NCBI RefSeq assembly: GCF_006345805.1
Contig: NC_043006.1
Coordinates: 8,432,001-8,496,000 of the forward strand
Direction: 5' to 3'
DNA: 64,000 nucleotides
Source: Octopus sinensis
Taxonomy: Eukaryota
Shown here: positions 1 to 12,104 of the stretch, piece after piece
How positions within the stretch are numbered: the stretch's first letter is position 1
How the letters are laid out: each line of letters opens with the position of its first letter
The notes under the pieces: generated by a model
Databases searched by the model: none
What the model was told of the DNA's origin: nothing
Seen by the model: the letters and a program-made list of their open reading frames with translations, nothing else
Position numbers and translations under genes: made by a program

Positions 1-152
1 TCACGGCTTGACAATCGTTTGTATCGCTGTAATTTAGCGGTTCGTCAAAAACACGGATAGAATAAGCATAAAAAAAATCTGGGGTCGATATATTCCACTA
101 AAAAATTTAAGGTTGTGTCCCAGCATTGCCACAGTCGTATTACTGAAACAAA
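1..152 (+). mobile_element. SINE family A, degenerate 3' half
   Basis: gcttgacaa...ttagcggttcg...gatagaataag...ggggtcga...cagcattgccacagtc...actgaaacaa colinear with the 3' half of the full copy at 19026-19423. Confidence 0.65.
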
Positions 153-1699
153 TTTGCAAATTTACAACTTTTTTCTTTCCCAAAGTTCTTACGAATCTAT
201 GGTGCATTTTTGCTCTTTTTGTCCTGCTTTCCGATATATTACACCTTAAATGCAGCATAACTCAGAAGTATCTTATTGCATTTCTGTTACAGTGCTCAAA
301 TAACGGAGGCATATTTTCTTTGTCCCCGTTTAAATTAGCTGATTATGATTCAAGAAATGCTTTTCAATTTGACTAATGCAATACGAAAGTGACAATTTCT
401 CGGCTGGCACATTGGTAAAGATAAACTCGGCAAGCTGTGACTAACGTCTTTCCAGCAATGGCAGTTTATCATCTTATAATACACCACTCTAAATCCCTCT
501 TCTCTGCATATTTAACATAGGTATGAAGAACGTTGAGAATAGCTTTATCTTATTCGGTATCCTTTCACAAAATCTACATAACATGCTATCTAATAGCCAA
601 AAGTTTATTATTCCATACAAATGTTACTCTTAACATTATGATTTATTGTCATTCACATCTAGCATTTAAATCCCGCTTCTTAGACATTCTCGATTTTCAT
701 TGTGATTTTATTTTGTTCATTCCTTGCATAAGTATGTCTATTTCCTATTTTTTCGATAGTCAATCGAATTTTTCTTTCTATTCAGATAATCTTTCCTCTC
801 AGAAATTCCTTTCTTATTATTCTAAATAGGATTGCGAAATCATTTTCTCTCTTTCTTATTCAAATTCCTGCAATTATTCTGCTTTTCGAAAGAAATTGAC
901 GATTCAACAAGGTTACTTATAAATCGATTAGAAAAAAATCAATCATGTAATTATTAACGGGTAACTTTGTCTTAAGCTGTCCAGAATATTGATTTGTCGA
1001 GCAATTAAAATGGCATTGTTTCGTAGCGTTAAATATTTTGCCAAAGATCAACAGCTGGCAAAACTGGCGCAATGCAGTAGCTTTTTCCATTACATATGGG
1101 CTAAAAGACAATCGTAAACAAATATTCAGACTGAATCACCACTGTACTTTAAAGCTGTTGGCTCACGGTGGCGATGACGAACTCTTTCACAAATCAATAC
1201 ATATAGTCTAAACCTGAATATTAAACAATATTACTTAATGCGAACTTGAGACAACCATAAATTAATTGCTTAACGTAATATATATATATAATTTAAATTT
1301 CTTCATATATATAGCTTACTCCATCCAGTGAGAAATAGCTATCATTTAATGTACGCAGTATTATAGTAAGAATTACTTATAGTTTCTTGTTGTGAAGACA
1401 CTTGTCTAGGTAAATTTCTATAACACACCTTGTATCTGCATGCAATAGCTAAGTTGTGACCACAGGGTCTGTTCTACTTGAAAATCGGAACGCCGGTATA
1501 TGGGAAATCAGAAAAAAAAGCATGGAAAAACTACTGCAAAATGTAGTTGAGTGAATAAAAAGGGAAAAAAATGAAAATTAGAGTTACGTCCCTTTTTATT
1601 GAAGAAGCCATAAGTAAACTTGTTGTTGCAAAACATTAAGCAGGGGGTGGGAGCAATATCTGCGAGACACCTGCTCAATCCAGGGAGGGCGGTGTCCTC

Positions 1700-2060
1700 C
1701 AGTTCGCCAAAAGTAATTTAGCTATAGGCTTCCATTAGCTGAAAATTTTGGATCGATCTGGTATTTGATAGTGTGGTGGGATTCTTAGGTTTAAATAGAA
1801 TATGCGATGTTTTAGCTACGCCTAAATTGCATTTCTTAGATCCATTTAGTCATGAAATGGATTTCTATACGAATCTCCATTGATTGTATGTGGTGTGCAG
1901 TTAGCCTTTAAAAAACTATACGTGGCTGGCCAATTTAGTGGCTTTACTTTTGTCGATGTCCTGGAAAGAAGACTGGTGGTTTGCACAACCACTTTTGAAA
2001 TCTCCTTCGCATAACACGGTGTAATTATTCTTTTCAGTTAGGTTATCTCGAAGAGTTCCT
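1700..2060 (-). mobile_element. Penelope-like element GIY-YIG endonuclease relic
   Basis: Manual minus-strand translation NYTVLCEGDFKSGCANHQSSFQDIDKSKATKLASHV* then YNQWRFV*KSIS*LNGSKKCNLG...HILF, matching the PLE pattern YIG..E..FK.R..NH.SSF...T.LS..W..W....C.LC; stops and frameshift. Confidence 0.7.
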
Positions 2061-2170
2061 GTTTATCATACACGCCTGGTTAATTGGTCAATATCTTCAG
2101 GTAAATATAGAAGCATAGAGTAGTACCTCAGCTTTCGAACACCTGTCGCGAATAAATCGTGCTTTATATA

Positions 2171-2330
2171 TCTCTATATATAAAACTGAAATGCGTTTCG
2201 ACCGCTTGGATCGCTTTCAAGGCCACTGCATCCCGTCGGATTGACTCCAAAATTTACAGGGACATGTAAAATGAGGTGTCGATGCCCGTAGTCTACTTTA
2301 GAAATCCCTATCTTAAAAGGTGTCGTTGCT
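2171..2330 (+). mobile_element. possible Helitron-like 5' end (different family)
   Basis: A|TC-tctatatataaaactgaaatg start resembles the Helitron 5' ends elsewhere in the window; no matching 3' hairpin+CTAG found. Confidence 0.3.
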
Positions 2331-2869
2331 AGGGCCAAAACCCATTTTCACAAGTCCACTCCCGTTCTTTAATGTATCTATATTCCTCAACTCACTCTCG
2401 CTATTTCCTCTCTTCCCAGCACTTTTTCACTCACTCTATTTCCTACATTCCCATCACTTCACTTCATCAAACGGCCTTCTTTTATGTATCTGTCTGCATT
2501 CATAGTGAGAGATATAAACCATCGCCAACACCAACACACAATCATGACAACAAATATTATGAATCTCGCCATCACATTCTATTGTCTGCCTGCCAACGCG
2601 CCGATCGAGCAAATACAAACAGAACACACCAACGAGCGTTCGTGTTCCGGTGATAACGTAGGTTTTTCGTATCTATTACATTTTAACATTTATTTAGAAC
2701 CCTGCAAATTTTTCGTACTAAATTTTCATTTTTTACTACTTTATTATTTTTTCTTAAATTGATGCTTTTATTAAAATTAATTCTAATTGTCTGGGTCAAC
2801 AGTTCGTTTCCTCGGAGGAAAAGGGGTCTAAATGGGGCTGGAAGGGGATTAAAATTTAAAGGAGCGGGT

Positions 2870-3155
2870 GTTTAGGAATTCTCTGTTACATCAAGCTAAA
2901 AAATTTGCGCCAGCCTTTTAATCGTCAATGTGTTGCCGTCCATGATGAAGAAGTTTTGAATGCTTGCCATGGTGAGTCTACTGTCGTGAGAAAGAATCAC
3001 TTCAAAACTTGGTGTTTAGGGATTTTCTTTTACATCAAGTTCAAATTTTTACGCCAGCCGTTAAACTGTCAATACGTTGCTGTCCCTCGTTAAGAAATGC
3101 CAGCCATGGTGACTCTACTATCCTCAGATTATATCCCTTCAAACTTTGGTTTCCA
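2870..3155. repeat. diverged tandem duplication, ~143-bp unit
   Basis: ttacatcaag..ttgcgccagcc..gtcaat..gttgccgtcc..gccatggtga..tctact..ttcaaa recurs at ~2887-3010 and ~3030-3150. Confidence 0.6.
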
Positions 3156-3442
3156 ATATTTTATTATTTTTATTCAGCTCGCAAGTTCGTCTGTCCCTTT
3201 TAAATGTTAGTGTTTTGCTGTCTGCCTTGAAGCAGACCTTTCCGTTGTTACTGCCTGATATTTATGATTGATCTTTCTAAATATTTTATTTCTCAACTTA
3301 CTCAAGATCTTTTGTTGTTTATAAATGGGAGAGAAATAGATAAAGATAGAGAGTAAGAGAAAGCGAGGGAGAGTCCGAGAGAAAGGAAGACTAAGAGAGA
3401 GGGGAAAGTGAGAGAGAAAGGAGAGAGAAACTAAGAGGGAGA

Positions 3443-3750
3443 ATCATCATCATCATCGTTTAACGTCTGTTTTCCGTGCTTGCACGGATTGTACAGTTTG
3501 ACCGGGGTCTGGGAAGCCAGGAGGCCGCACCAGGCTCCAGTCTGATCTGGCAGTGTTTCTACAGTTGGATGCCCTTCCTAACGCCAACCACTCTGTGAGT
3601 GTAGTGGGTGCTTTTTTCGTGCCGCCGGCACAAGTGTAAGGGGGCCTCGCAGCGGCAACGATCGGTTGGTGATTTTTACGTGCCACCGGCACAGAAGCCA
3701 GTCAAGGCGGCGCTGAAATCGACCACGTTCGGATGGTGCTTTTTATGTGC
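3443..3750 (-). mobile_element. RTE-related non-autonomous retroelement/SINE 3' part with (GAT)n tail
   Basis: Minus strand contains ggttggcgttaggaagggcatcc, a motif I associate with RTE-type 5' UTRs and derived SINEs, and ends aaacagacgttaaacgatgatgatgat; internal repeat tttt(a/t)cgtgcc(a/g)ccggcac. Confidence 0.55.
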
Positions 3751-3876
3751 TGAAAGGAAGCAACAGAAAGTAACAAGCACACTGTTACCCGCGCGTAGAG
3801 CGGGTCACCTTCAGCTAGTATATATATATATATATATATATAACAAAGTGACGTTGTAAGGTATATATATATATAT

Positions 3877-3985
3877 AAAGCACGATTTATTTGTGATCAG
3901 AGGCGTTCCTAAACCAAGGTACTACTGAATTAAATGAATATCAGGAAGACGGGAGATAAAGTACGATTTATTTGTGATCAGAGTT
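3877..3985. repeat. 26-bp direct repeat, 81-bp spacing
   Basis: aaag(c/t)acgatttatttgtgatcagag at 3877 and 3958. Confidence 0.75.
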
Positions 3986-4064
3986 GTTCGAAAACCGACG
4001 TTCTACCGTATATATTATATATATTATAAAAGTGCACTTTTGCTATGTCATCAATAGCAGGTAT

Positions 4065-4990
4065 GACGTCACTGGTTCCCAGCCAAGTGGCTTTTCATAT
4101 TAGGGAACATATAGTAGTCAGATGTGGCCATAGCAGGAGAATAAGTTCAAATTTACAGTCACGCACATCAACCGTTAAAACCAAGGACTCATGTGCTGGA
4201 ACTTTGTCTTGATGAAACAAAGCCACTTCCGTCAATTTTCCTAGGACTTTAGACTTAACCTTTTGTAACTGACTCAGCAATTACTTTGCATTGATGGTGT
4301 GGACCTTTTGAAGGTAGTCAAGAAACACAATGTCTTTTATATTCTAAAAACTGGGGCCATAATCTTCCATTCAGATGAATCGAACTTGACCTTCTTTGGA
4401 GCAGGTGAGGAGGGACGTATCCACTGCACGCATTATCTCTTTGTCTCAAAGTGGTGAAGCCAAGCCTCATCTAGTCTTAGGGAACGTTCGAGGAAAGCAG
4501 CAAGATCTACCTCAAACAATGTTAGATTTTCTAGCGATGTGATCAACCTGGTGCGTTTTTGAACAGGTCTCAGATGACATAGCACACGCTGAGCAGAAAT
4601 CTTCGTCATTCCAAGTTTATTGCGCAGAATTTTCTCAACTTTCCGACAGAATATTCTAATAGATCTGATTATTTGACTTATATTCAAGCGCGCCATCCAT
4701 CAGCATATGGTGAGCACAATCAACGTTTGCACGGTGGTGGCAGTTGTAGAACGTCCAGATCTTGGGTCATCTTCAAGACCCTCCTTTACCTTTCTAAATT
4801 CAACTGCCCATTTCTGCTCTGTTGATGAATCTGGAGCGTCATCCGTAATGTAGAAATCATGTCCGCATGACTGTCACTGGGTGTTAAACCCTTTATCTGC
4901 AGGTACTTATTAACACTATGCATGTCAAATTCTGTCCATTTTCAAGAGATATGGTTACTAGTTAAATTTGAAGACTTTTTGAACAGTTAG
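4065..4990 (-). mobile_element. mariner transposase relic
   Basis: ORF 4433-4696 ends LDEAWLHHFE (GDETWVHHYE-like); ORF 4095-4280 has FHQDKVPAH; SDYYMFPNMKSHL near 4075-4125 (DD34D third Asp); multiple frameshifts. Confidence 0.85.
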
Positions 4991-5366
4991 ATGGCATTCT
5001 GTCTGCAAAGAAACAATGCAGTTATTAATAAGATTTGAAGTTAATGTGCGCAAGATTTCACAGCTCTAGCGTAATTCCTTCATAGTTAGCCTATGAACGT
5101 TTCAGCCTGCACTCGTAGTACTGAAACAGCTGTTGGTGTTAGAAATTGTAATATAAGATAATTAACAAGCTGAGTTCTCAGTACTTTCCGTTTTCTGATA
5201 CTGATTGCTAATTCTCTGGCAACATACCAAAGTATACTAAGCCATCAATTCTTTACGGAGGTTAAAAACAATTAGATTAACTAATTTGAATAGAAAAACT
5301 TATGTTTTCCCTAAAGCTTATATACTAAATGCAAACATCTAACCTTGTGGAAATATTAAACTTGCA

Positions 5367-5582
5367 ACAAGGGGCTAAACATAGAGGAGAAAAACAAGGA
5401 CAGACAAACGGATTAAGTCGATTACATCGACCCCAGTGCGAAACTGGTACTTTATTTATCAACCCCATAAGGCTGAAAAGCAAAGTCGATCTCGGCGGAA
5501 TTTGAACTCACAACGTAACGACAGACGAAATACCGCTAAGCATTTCGCCCGGCGCGTTAACGTTTCTGCCAGCTCGCCGCCT
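5367..5582 (-). mobile_element. SINE family E (tRNA-like head, tail type 1)
   Basis: Reverse complement of ggcggcgagctggcagaaacgttaacgcgccgggcgaaatgc...gagttcaaattccgccgag...tttagccccttgt; same family as 20993, 38226, 40124. Confidence 0.85.
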
Positions 5583-5639
5583 TTCTCACTCAATATAGGA
5601 AAGGAATTACTAAGATATATAACTGAATGATTGCAGCTT

Positions 5640-5907
5640 CACAAACAGAGTTCTACGTTCAATCACACTGCGCTACATGCCTTGTATTGTATCCTCGGTT
5701 TCACTAATACCTTGTATGCAGACCCCGTGTGTATCGTTGGTGTTTTTCTTTCTCCGTCTTCCCTTCTTTGGATTTTTTCTATATTTCTGATGAAGTGCTC
5801 CGCTCGAAACGTGAAATCCTCTTTTCTTTCCTTTCCTGAGCGACCAATAACACTGCACTTATTCCACGTCCTCGCATTGTTGTTTTTCCTTGCTTGTTCG
5901 TGTTTTG

Positions 5908-5910
<3 letters not shown>
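5640..5910 (+). mobile_element. Penelope terminal-repeat (pLTR)-like fragment
   Basis: CT-rich leader, hammerhead motif, then ttcctgagcg shared with copies at 12105, 31170, 57440; ends at an (AC)n tract. Confidence 0.55.
5783..5817 (+). ncRNA. minimal type I hammerhead ribozyme motif (canonical core, G at cleavage site)
   Basis: attt-CTGATGA-a-gtgctccgctc-GAAAC-GTG-aaat: stem I attt/aaat, imperfect stem II, palindromic ACGT stem III; position 17 is G, normally non-cleaving. Confidence 0.6.
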
Positions 5911-5993
<83 letters not shown>

Positions 5994-6000
5994 ACAAACG

Positions 6001-6025
<25 letters not shown>
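5910..6025. repeat. (AC)n microsatellite
   Basis: Direct reading. Confidence 0.97.
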
Positions 6026-6034
<9 letters not shown>

Positions 6035-6130
6035 AATATAAACATACACTTATATGTATATACGTTTGTATTTGTATGTGTTTAAATATGTATATATCAA
6101 CATGTCTATTAGCGTGTATATATATATCGG

Positions 6131-6162
<32 letters not shown>

Positions 6163-6177
6163 CATATATATATATAT

Positions 6178-6475
6178 ATCACGTGATCACGTGACCGACC
6201 AGACCATCAGATGTTGTTACACATCGCTGGTCACAATGCGTTCGCATTATTTAAGCCTTCGAATGACGCCACCCCGCTGGCTAAGCGAGCAGGCCGACAG
6301 AAGAAAGAGTGGTGAAAGTGTACAGCAGGGATCAACCAGCCCCTGCCGGAGCATCGTGGAGCTCTTAGGTGTTTTCGCTCAATAAGCACACACACAACGC
6401 CCGGTCTGGGAATCGAAACCGCGATCCTCCGACCGCGAGTCCGGTGCCCTAACCACTGGGCCATTGCGCCTCCAC
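6178..6475 (-). mobile_element. SINE family B, full length
   Basis: tRNA-like head with A box tggcccagtgg and B box gtttcgattcc; tail ctggtcggtcacgtgatcacgtgat; closely matches 39719-40024. Confidence 0.9.
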
Positions 6476-6482
6476 ACACACA

Positions 6483-6523
<41 letters not shown>

Positions 6524-7124
6524 ATATATATATATAATATATATATATATGTATGTGTGTGTGTGCGTATGTATATATATATATATATATATACATATAT
6601 ATCCGTATGTATATGCATGTATATGTTTGTGTGTGCGTGTGTACGAGGTGTGTGTGATTGTTTGTTTGTGTGTGTGTATGTGTAAGTGTGTGTTTGAGCG
6701 TGTTTCACCCACGTATATAACAAAGGAGAGAAGCGTCGGTGAGAAGGCGGAAGACAATCAGTTTGTAGATATTTTAATACAAGAATTTCAAAATTGTCAG
6801 TGCATAAATTCTGGATGTTTACACAACTTTACGATGATAATTTACATTCTGTCAGGAAATTATATTGAGCATGGTTTACGCGTTACTGATTCTCCTAAAT
6901 CATTTAAAGGAAACATGTAACCGATTATATGTATCTTAATATTATATTAATTTCTCTACCAGAATCGCAATATTCGTGTCAGCCTAAAAATTCAGAACTG
7001 TTTTTGCTGTATATGCAAAATGATTGCTTTTAAAAAATGCTTTAAAATTATAAAATACCTTAAACTTTGGATGCTATGTCACACTCAGTGAACACAGTTG
7101 ATTAAAACTGCCATCTGTGTGTTA

Positions 7125-7523
7125 TCTTTATATATAAAAGTGAGGTTGTGTGTCTGTCTCCTACGATTTAGATTCCTAACTACTCCCACATTTTGCGGTG
7201 CAGTTTAACCAAAACCGGGTATCTTATAGTCGTGATTCATATCGAGCCCTTCTACATATTAGCGCGCGTCTACGATGAGTCTACGATTTTTAAAAAAAGT
7301 TTACCATCATTTTTTTCCATTTTAATGCATTTTTTCGCTATTATATAAGGGAAGTAACTCTCTAAAAATGTCTACGATGAGTCAACGATTTAAAAACAAA
7401 TTTACCATAATGTTTTTCCATTTTTAATGCATATTTTTGCTATTTTTTTGGCTATAACTCTCTAAAAATTCTTATATAGTTATTTCCCTTACAAACCCGA
7501 GCAACGCTGGGCGATACTGCTAG
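7125..7523 (+). mobile_element. non-autonomous Helitron
   Basis: A|TC 5' end, subterminal hairpin cccgagcaacgctggg, CTAG|T 3' end, no TSD. Confidence 0.85.
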
Positions 7524-7958
7524 TATTAAATAAATATTCATTGTTTAAAGTTGTTTTGATTTTTGTTTAAGAAAAACCTCTAGAGGTTGTGCTAAAATCG
7601 CAATATATATCAGCGTGATACCAACATCGTCTCAGCAGTGAATCACAAGAACAACAGTCGTATTTCACTCTACATTGGGTGATATTTTTTACAGCCGGGA
7701 CAATCTTTCCGTAATATAAGCGAATGCATTCATCACTCTTTCTTGTATAACTCACTATTACTCAATTCAAGTAAAAGTTTCGTTTAAGCCAGTAAGAGCG
7801 AAATGTAGGGCGCTGACAAACTCTAAGCAGGGTGAAATGCGTCTGTTGTCTTTGTGAATTACTACTGCAATATTGTGTTTTTAGAACATGTCTCTAATGG
7901 GCTTTTTATGACAAAAATCACAGAATCATGCTTTTCAGCGTTGTATATTTATTTAGTA

Positions 7959-8348
7959 CTAGCAGTATCGCCCGGCGTTGCTCGGGATGGTAAGGGAAAT
8001 AACTATAAAAGCATTTTTAGAGAGCCAAAAAATAGCAAAAAAATGCATTAAAAATGGAAAAAAATGATGGTAAACTTTTTAAAAATCGTTGACTCATCGT
8101 AGACATTTTTAGAGAATTACTTCCCTTATATAATAGCGAGAAAAATGCATTAAAATGGAAGAAAATGATGGTAATTTTTTTTTTAATCGTAGACTCATCG
8201 TAGATGTGCGCTAAGACCCAGAAGGGCTCGATATAAATCACGACTATAAGATACCCGGTTTTGGTTAAACTGCACCGCAAAATGTGGGAGTAGTTAGGAA
8301 TCTAAATCGGAGGAGACAGACACACAACTTCTCCTTTATTTATAAAGA
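7959..8348 (-). mobile_element. non-autonomous Helitron (inverted partner of 7125-7523)
   Basis: Same termini and body on the minus strand; A|TC...CTAG|T. Confidence 0.85.
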
Positions 8349-8944
8349 TGATACACAAATAACGATTTGAGTGGTCTGATATTCCAATATAATAATAATA
8401 TTGTACTGGTCTTTTAATTCAAACATAAGTTACATTAATGGAACCTATGTATTTCAGCAACGAGCTGTTGCAAAATATATATTCACATAGAGAAAACTGT
8501 GAATGTGCATTATGAACAGACGCATAATCACTTAACAAAATGTGCGAATGCTCGTGCGTAACACAGAAATCTATAAAAAGACAACAGGTGACACTTTCCA
8601 AAATATTTTCAACCGCGTGTCTGAAACGAGTAAAAGAGTAAAAGAGTATTCCTTGTCAAATGCCATCTTCAACTCACCACCGGATATATTAACACTAAAT
8701 GTTTTGATGTAACTAAAAATATATAAGAATAAACGTATTGTCATGGGTGAATTTTATCGTCGATACATTAGTTTAAGCGTTGATTGATAACGTATACACA
8801 GTAAAATATTTGTATATATATGTCCGTATACTTGCTTAAACGCCGCCCTTTACGGCGGCTTTTAACCTAGCTCCTGTGAAGGGCTTTTCATTGGGCTTTG
8901 GAAAAAAATGAGACTTCGTTCATTATACATATTAAATCTTATTA

Positions 8945-9110
8945 AACTTGAACAATATTTACATTATTTACATTATTTACATTCGATGGATATTTGTCCT
9001 CATCTTGTTTGTTGTTAACACAACGTTTCAGCTGATATACCCGCCAGCCTTCTTTAGGTTTCTTGGGGAAATTTCGAACCTGGGTTCTCATTCCTAAAAT
9101 ATTTTTCGAT
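8945..9110 (-). mobile_element. pLTR-like fragment with degenerate hammerhead
   Basis: Minus strand 9018-9062: aaac-CTAAAGA-a-ggctg...cagct-GAAAC-GTT-gtgt; stem II intact, core mutated. Confidence 0.45.
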
Positions 9111-9158
9111 GTTGTTATTGTTGTTGTTGTTGTTATTATTATTATTATTATTATTATT

Positions 9159-9584
9159 CTAGGTTTGACTTTTGCTTTATGTCTGTACAAGTTGGCTCCA
9201 AGTCTCACCCAGAGACCTCAAGAGACAACAGGTTGGGAGTTCACGTTGTTGTTATGCCTAGTGTGCCATATATTTGTTGTTTTTTTTTGGTGTTGTACTA
9301 GTGAATGTCTAATACATAAAAAAAAAGTTTGTTTTAAACCTTGGGATTACATAGAGAGTATTTTGCGTAGGATATGAGCAGTTCCCATGAGCACTATCTT
9401 TTGAATTTCTGCCATTTTTGGGTTTCTGAGTTAGGTAGCTATCAGCCCCTTTTGCTATCATTCCCAGGGCACCTATGGCAACAGGTATTGTTTTAGTCTT
9501 CAGCTTCCACATTTTGCTGATTTCTATTTCAAGATCTTTATATTTGCTCAGTTTTTGGTAGGTCTTGACAGATACGTTTATATC
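9159..9584 (-). mobile_element. R4/Dong-clade non-LTR retrotransposon 3' end (restriction-like endonuclease C-terminus + 3' UTR)
   Basis: KLSKYKDLEIEISKMWKLKTKTIPVAIGALG in ORF 9309-9713 fits the RLE K..KY..L......W...IP..IGALG motif; bounded by (TAA)n on both sides, the known Dong target. Confidence 0.75.
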
Positions 9585-9608
9585 ATTATTATTATTATTA
9601 TTATTATT

Positions 9609-10109
9609 GAGTGAGAGAGCAGTGCATGCCATCAAAGTGACACTGGGGTAAAATATACGAAGCCCAATATACCCATCATGACTACCCGTCTGATAAGGGT
9701 ACACTAGGCACATGCATCACAACCATGTGTGCGCGACATGGTGATCTCATATCAAGATAAACAGCACATGACCTTGCAGGTGGAGCCCAGTTAGAATTTT
9801 CTTCAGATCGAGTAACCCATCCCGCTCAAAAGGTCCCTGAATAAGGGTTGTTTAAGGATATTGAAAGAACCACCCATGTTTCCAGAGGTGAATTATTCAA
9901 ACCCCAAAGAATCCCTCTCAGCACATGGCTATGATGCACATATCGTCAGCCACTAAGGGACATGCTCAACTGGTTAAAGTCAAACAACTGACAAGCAAAT
10001 CTGTGTTATTGAGCAGAATATTTGCTGTAGCCCATCTTTTATACCAAGACAAAACAATGTAAATGATAACATTTCCAATCAGTTAAGATCAGAAGCCATG
10101 AGAGCCACT
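9609..10109. mobile_element. element F, non-coding ~500-bp repeat embedded in (TTA)n
   Basis: Colinear high-identity match to 55966-56523, same left boundary, (TTA)n on both sides. Confidence 0.75.
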
Positions 10110-10149
10110 ATTATTATTATTATTATCATTATTATTATTATTATTATTA

Positions 10150-10196
<47 letters not shown>
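10110..10196. repeat. (TTA)n microsatellite
   Basis: Direct reading. Confidence 0.97.
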
Positions 10197-10197
<1 letters not shown>

Positions 10198-11024
10198 GAA
10201 ACTATTGCAAAGCTGCATAATAAACAACACTACCACCACCACCACCAGCGCCACCACATCTGCCATACACATACCATTCAGATTTCTGATGTCATCACCA
10301 TCAATACCTTTCATTTCACCACCTTCCTCTCCACCACCTTCACCACTCTCTTTCACATCACTTACAGTCACGGTCATCCCTGGCCACCTCGGCTACCATC
10401 ACTATTACCACAATCATCAGCGCCGTTTCCGCCCCTATCACATTATTATTATCACCCCATGACCATCACAAAAAGTGTGTGTAAATGAATTGTGTTCAGT
10501 ATGTTAGTTGAACGTTTAGTATGTAAGGTGCAACATGCAGTCACTTTTTCGACGCTGAGGCGTTCATCGAGGCAGCTGGCAAGAACGTGTCAAAACATAT
10601 GAAATGCCGACTTACAAGGTGGCCACGAACGATGGAAATTTACCAAGATTTGGTTGAGATAATGGAGTTTATATAAAAGAAAAGGTATTGTGAAAACTTT
10701 AATTTGGAAATGATAAAAAGAACTTTAAATTCTGAAAAAAAAATGTTGAATTTTGTAAAATTTTTGAAATGTATGTTGAAAATGTGTAAAATGTTTTTAT
10801 TTGGAAAATATTGTTGACATAATAAAAAAAAATGACGAAATGTAACCGCTCGATTTCGGGGATCGAGTGGGCATTACACCACATTGTAGAAACTTCATAA
10901 TTCATTATTTATTTTTCCCGATTGTATTGTCCCCTCTATGTTGGCCCCTTGTGGATAATAATAAAATAAAAAATAAAATAATGCAGTCACTTTTTCTCTT
11001 ACATACCTGCTCTTCCTTCCTTCC

Positions 11025-11027
11025 TTC

Positions 11028-11108
<81 letters not shown>

Positions 11109-11125
11109 CTCTCTCTCTCTCTCTA
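11025..11125. repeat. (TTTC)n/(TC)n microsatellite
   Basis: Direct reading. Confidence 0.95.
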
Positions 11126-11400
11126 TTATTAATACTCCCACTGCCACCATCAACACTACTACTTTTAATAAACTCAGCAACCATCCCTAAATTTCTTTGT
11201 CGCTCTTTCTCTCTCTCTCTCTTTCTCTCTGTAAACGGATAGGGATTTATGTTAGATTAAATATATAAGTGAAGATAGAGACAGGTCGGGTACGTCCTTG
11301 GATTATTTTCTGACCACTTCACCTTGCTGTGAGAATTACACGAATGATCTTCAAACAACTGCTTTAAAAGTGTGTCAATACATACGTACATATATATATA

Positions 11401-11797
11401 CTAGCAGTATCACCCGGCGTTGCTCGGGTTTGTAAGGGAAATAACTATATAAGCATTTTTAGAGATGTAAAGTATAATAGCCATCTCAATATGGCTAACC
11501 ACAAAGGGGGGGGGGTTACTGTAGCTTTTTACGTTCTGAGATTTAATAATAAATCTTTAGAGAGTTACTTCCCTTATATATGCCAAAAATGCATTAAAAA
11601 TGGGAAAAATTGATGGTAATTTTTTTTGTAAATCGTAGACTCATCGTAGACGTGCGCTAATACCCAGAAGGGCTCGATCTGAATCACGACTATAAGATAC
11701 CCGGTTTTGGTTAAACTGCACCGCAAAATGTGGGAGAAGTTAGGAATCTAAATCGTAGGAGACAGACAGCACACAACCTCACTTTTATATATAAAGA
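11401..11797 (-). mobile_element. non-autonomous Helitron
   Basis: A|TC...cccgagcaacgccggg...CTAG|T on the minus strand; internal cassette like 46939-47333. Confidence 0.85.
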
Positions 11798-11799
11798 TA

Positions 11800-11990
11800 T
11801 ATAGTTGAAATTTACCGAAAAACAAAAGACAAAGACAGGTGTATAAACAACAAACAGGTGTATTAGTTTGATGGTTGAAGAAGATGAGAAAGTCTCTTAC
11901 GTTTTGAGCCTACACTGTTCAACAGAAAGGAAGACGAAGAAATAAACAGAGAGAATAAGGGAGAGAATAAAAAAAGACTTGTAGATTTAG
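11800..11990 (-). mobile_element. pLTR-like mini-element with degenerate hammerhead
   Basis: Minus strand ctttCTGTTGAacagtgtaggctcAAAACGTAagagac followed by aaactaatacacctgtttgttg as in 32440-32620. Confidence 0.6.
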
Positions 11991-12104
11991 CGGTCAGTAA
12001 TTGCGACTACATATACATACACACACAAACACGCGCACACACACACACACACACGCGCACACACACACACAGACACACACACACACAACACACACACACA
12101 CACA

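Noticed and set aside
200-1110. Possible Mab-21/cGAS-like or transposase relic on the minus strand
   Set aside because: Only vague similarity across multiple stops; cannot be supported by eye
5631-6186. Long ORFs of HT, CV, YI or poly-L/V/I repeats here and throughout the window
   Set aside because: Translations of di- and trinucleotide microsatellites; no coding signal
8846-8872. gccgcc/ggcggc hairpin followed by CTAG (Helitron 3' end)
   Set aside because: Followed by C rather than T, no matching 5' end or second copy
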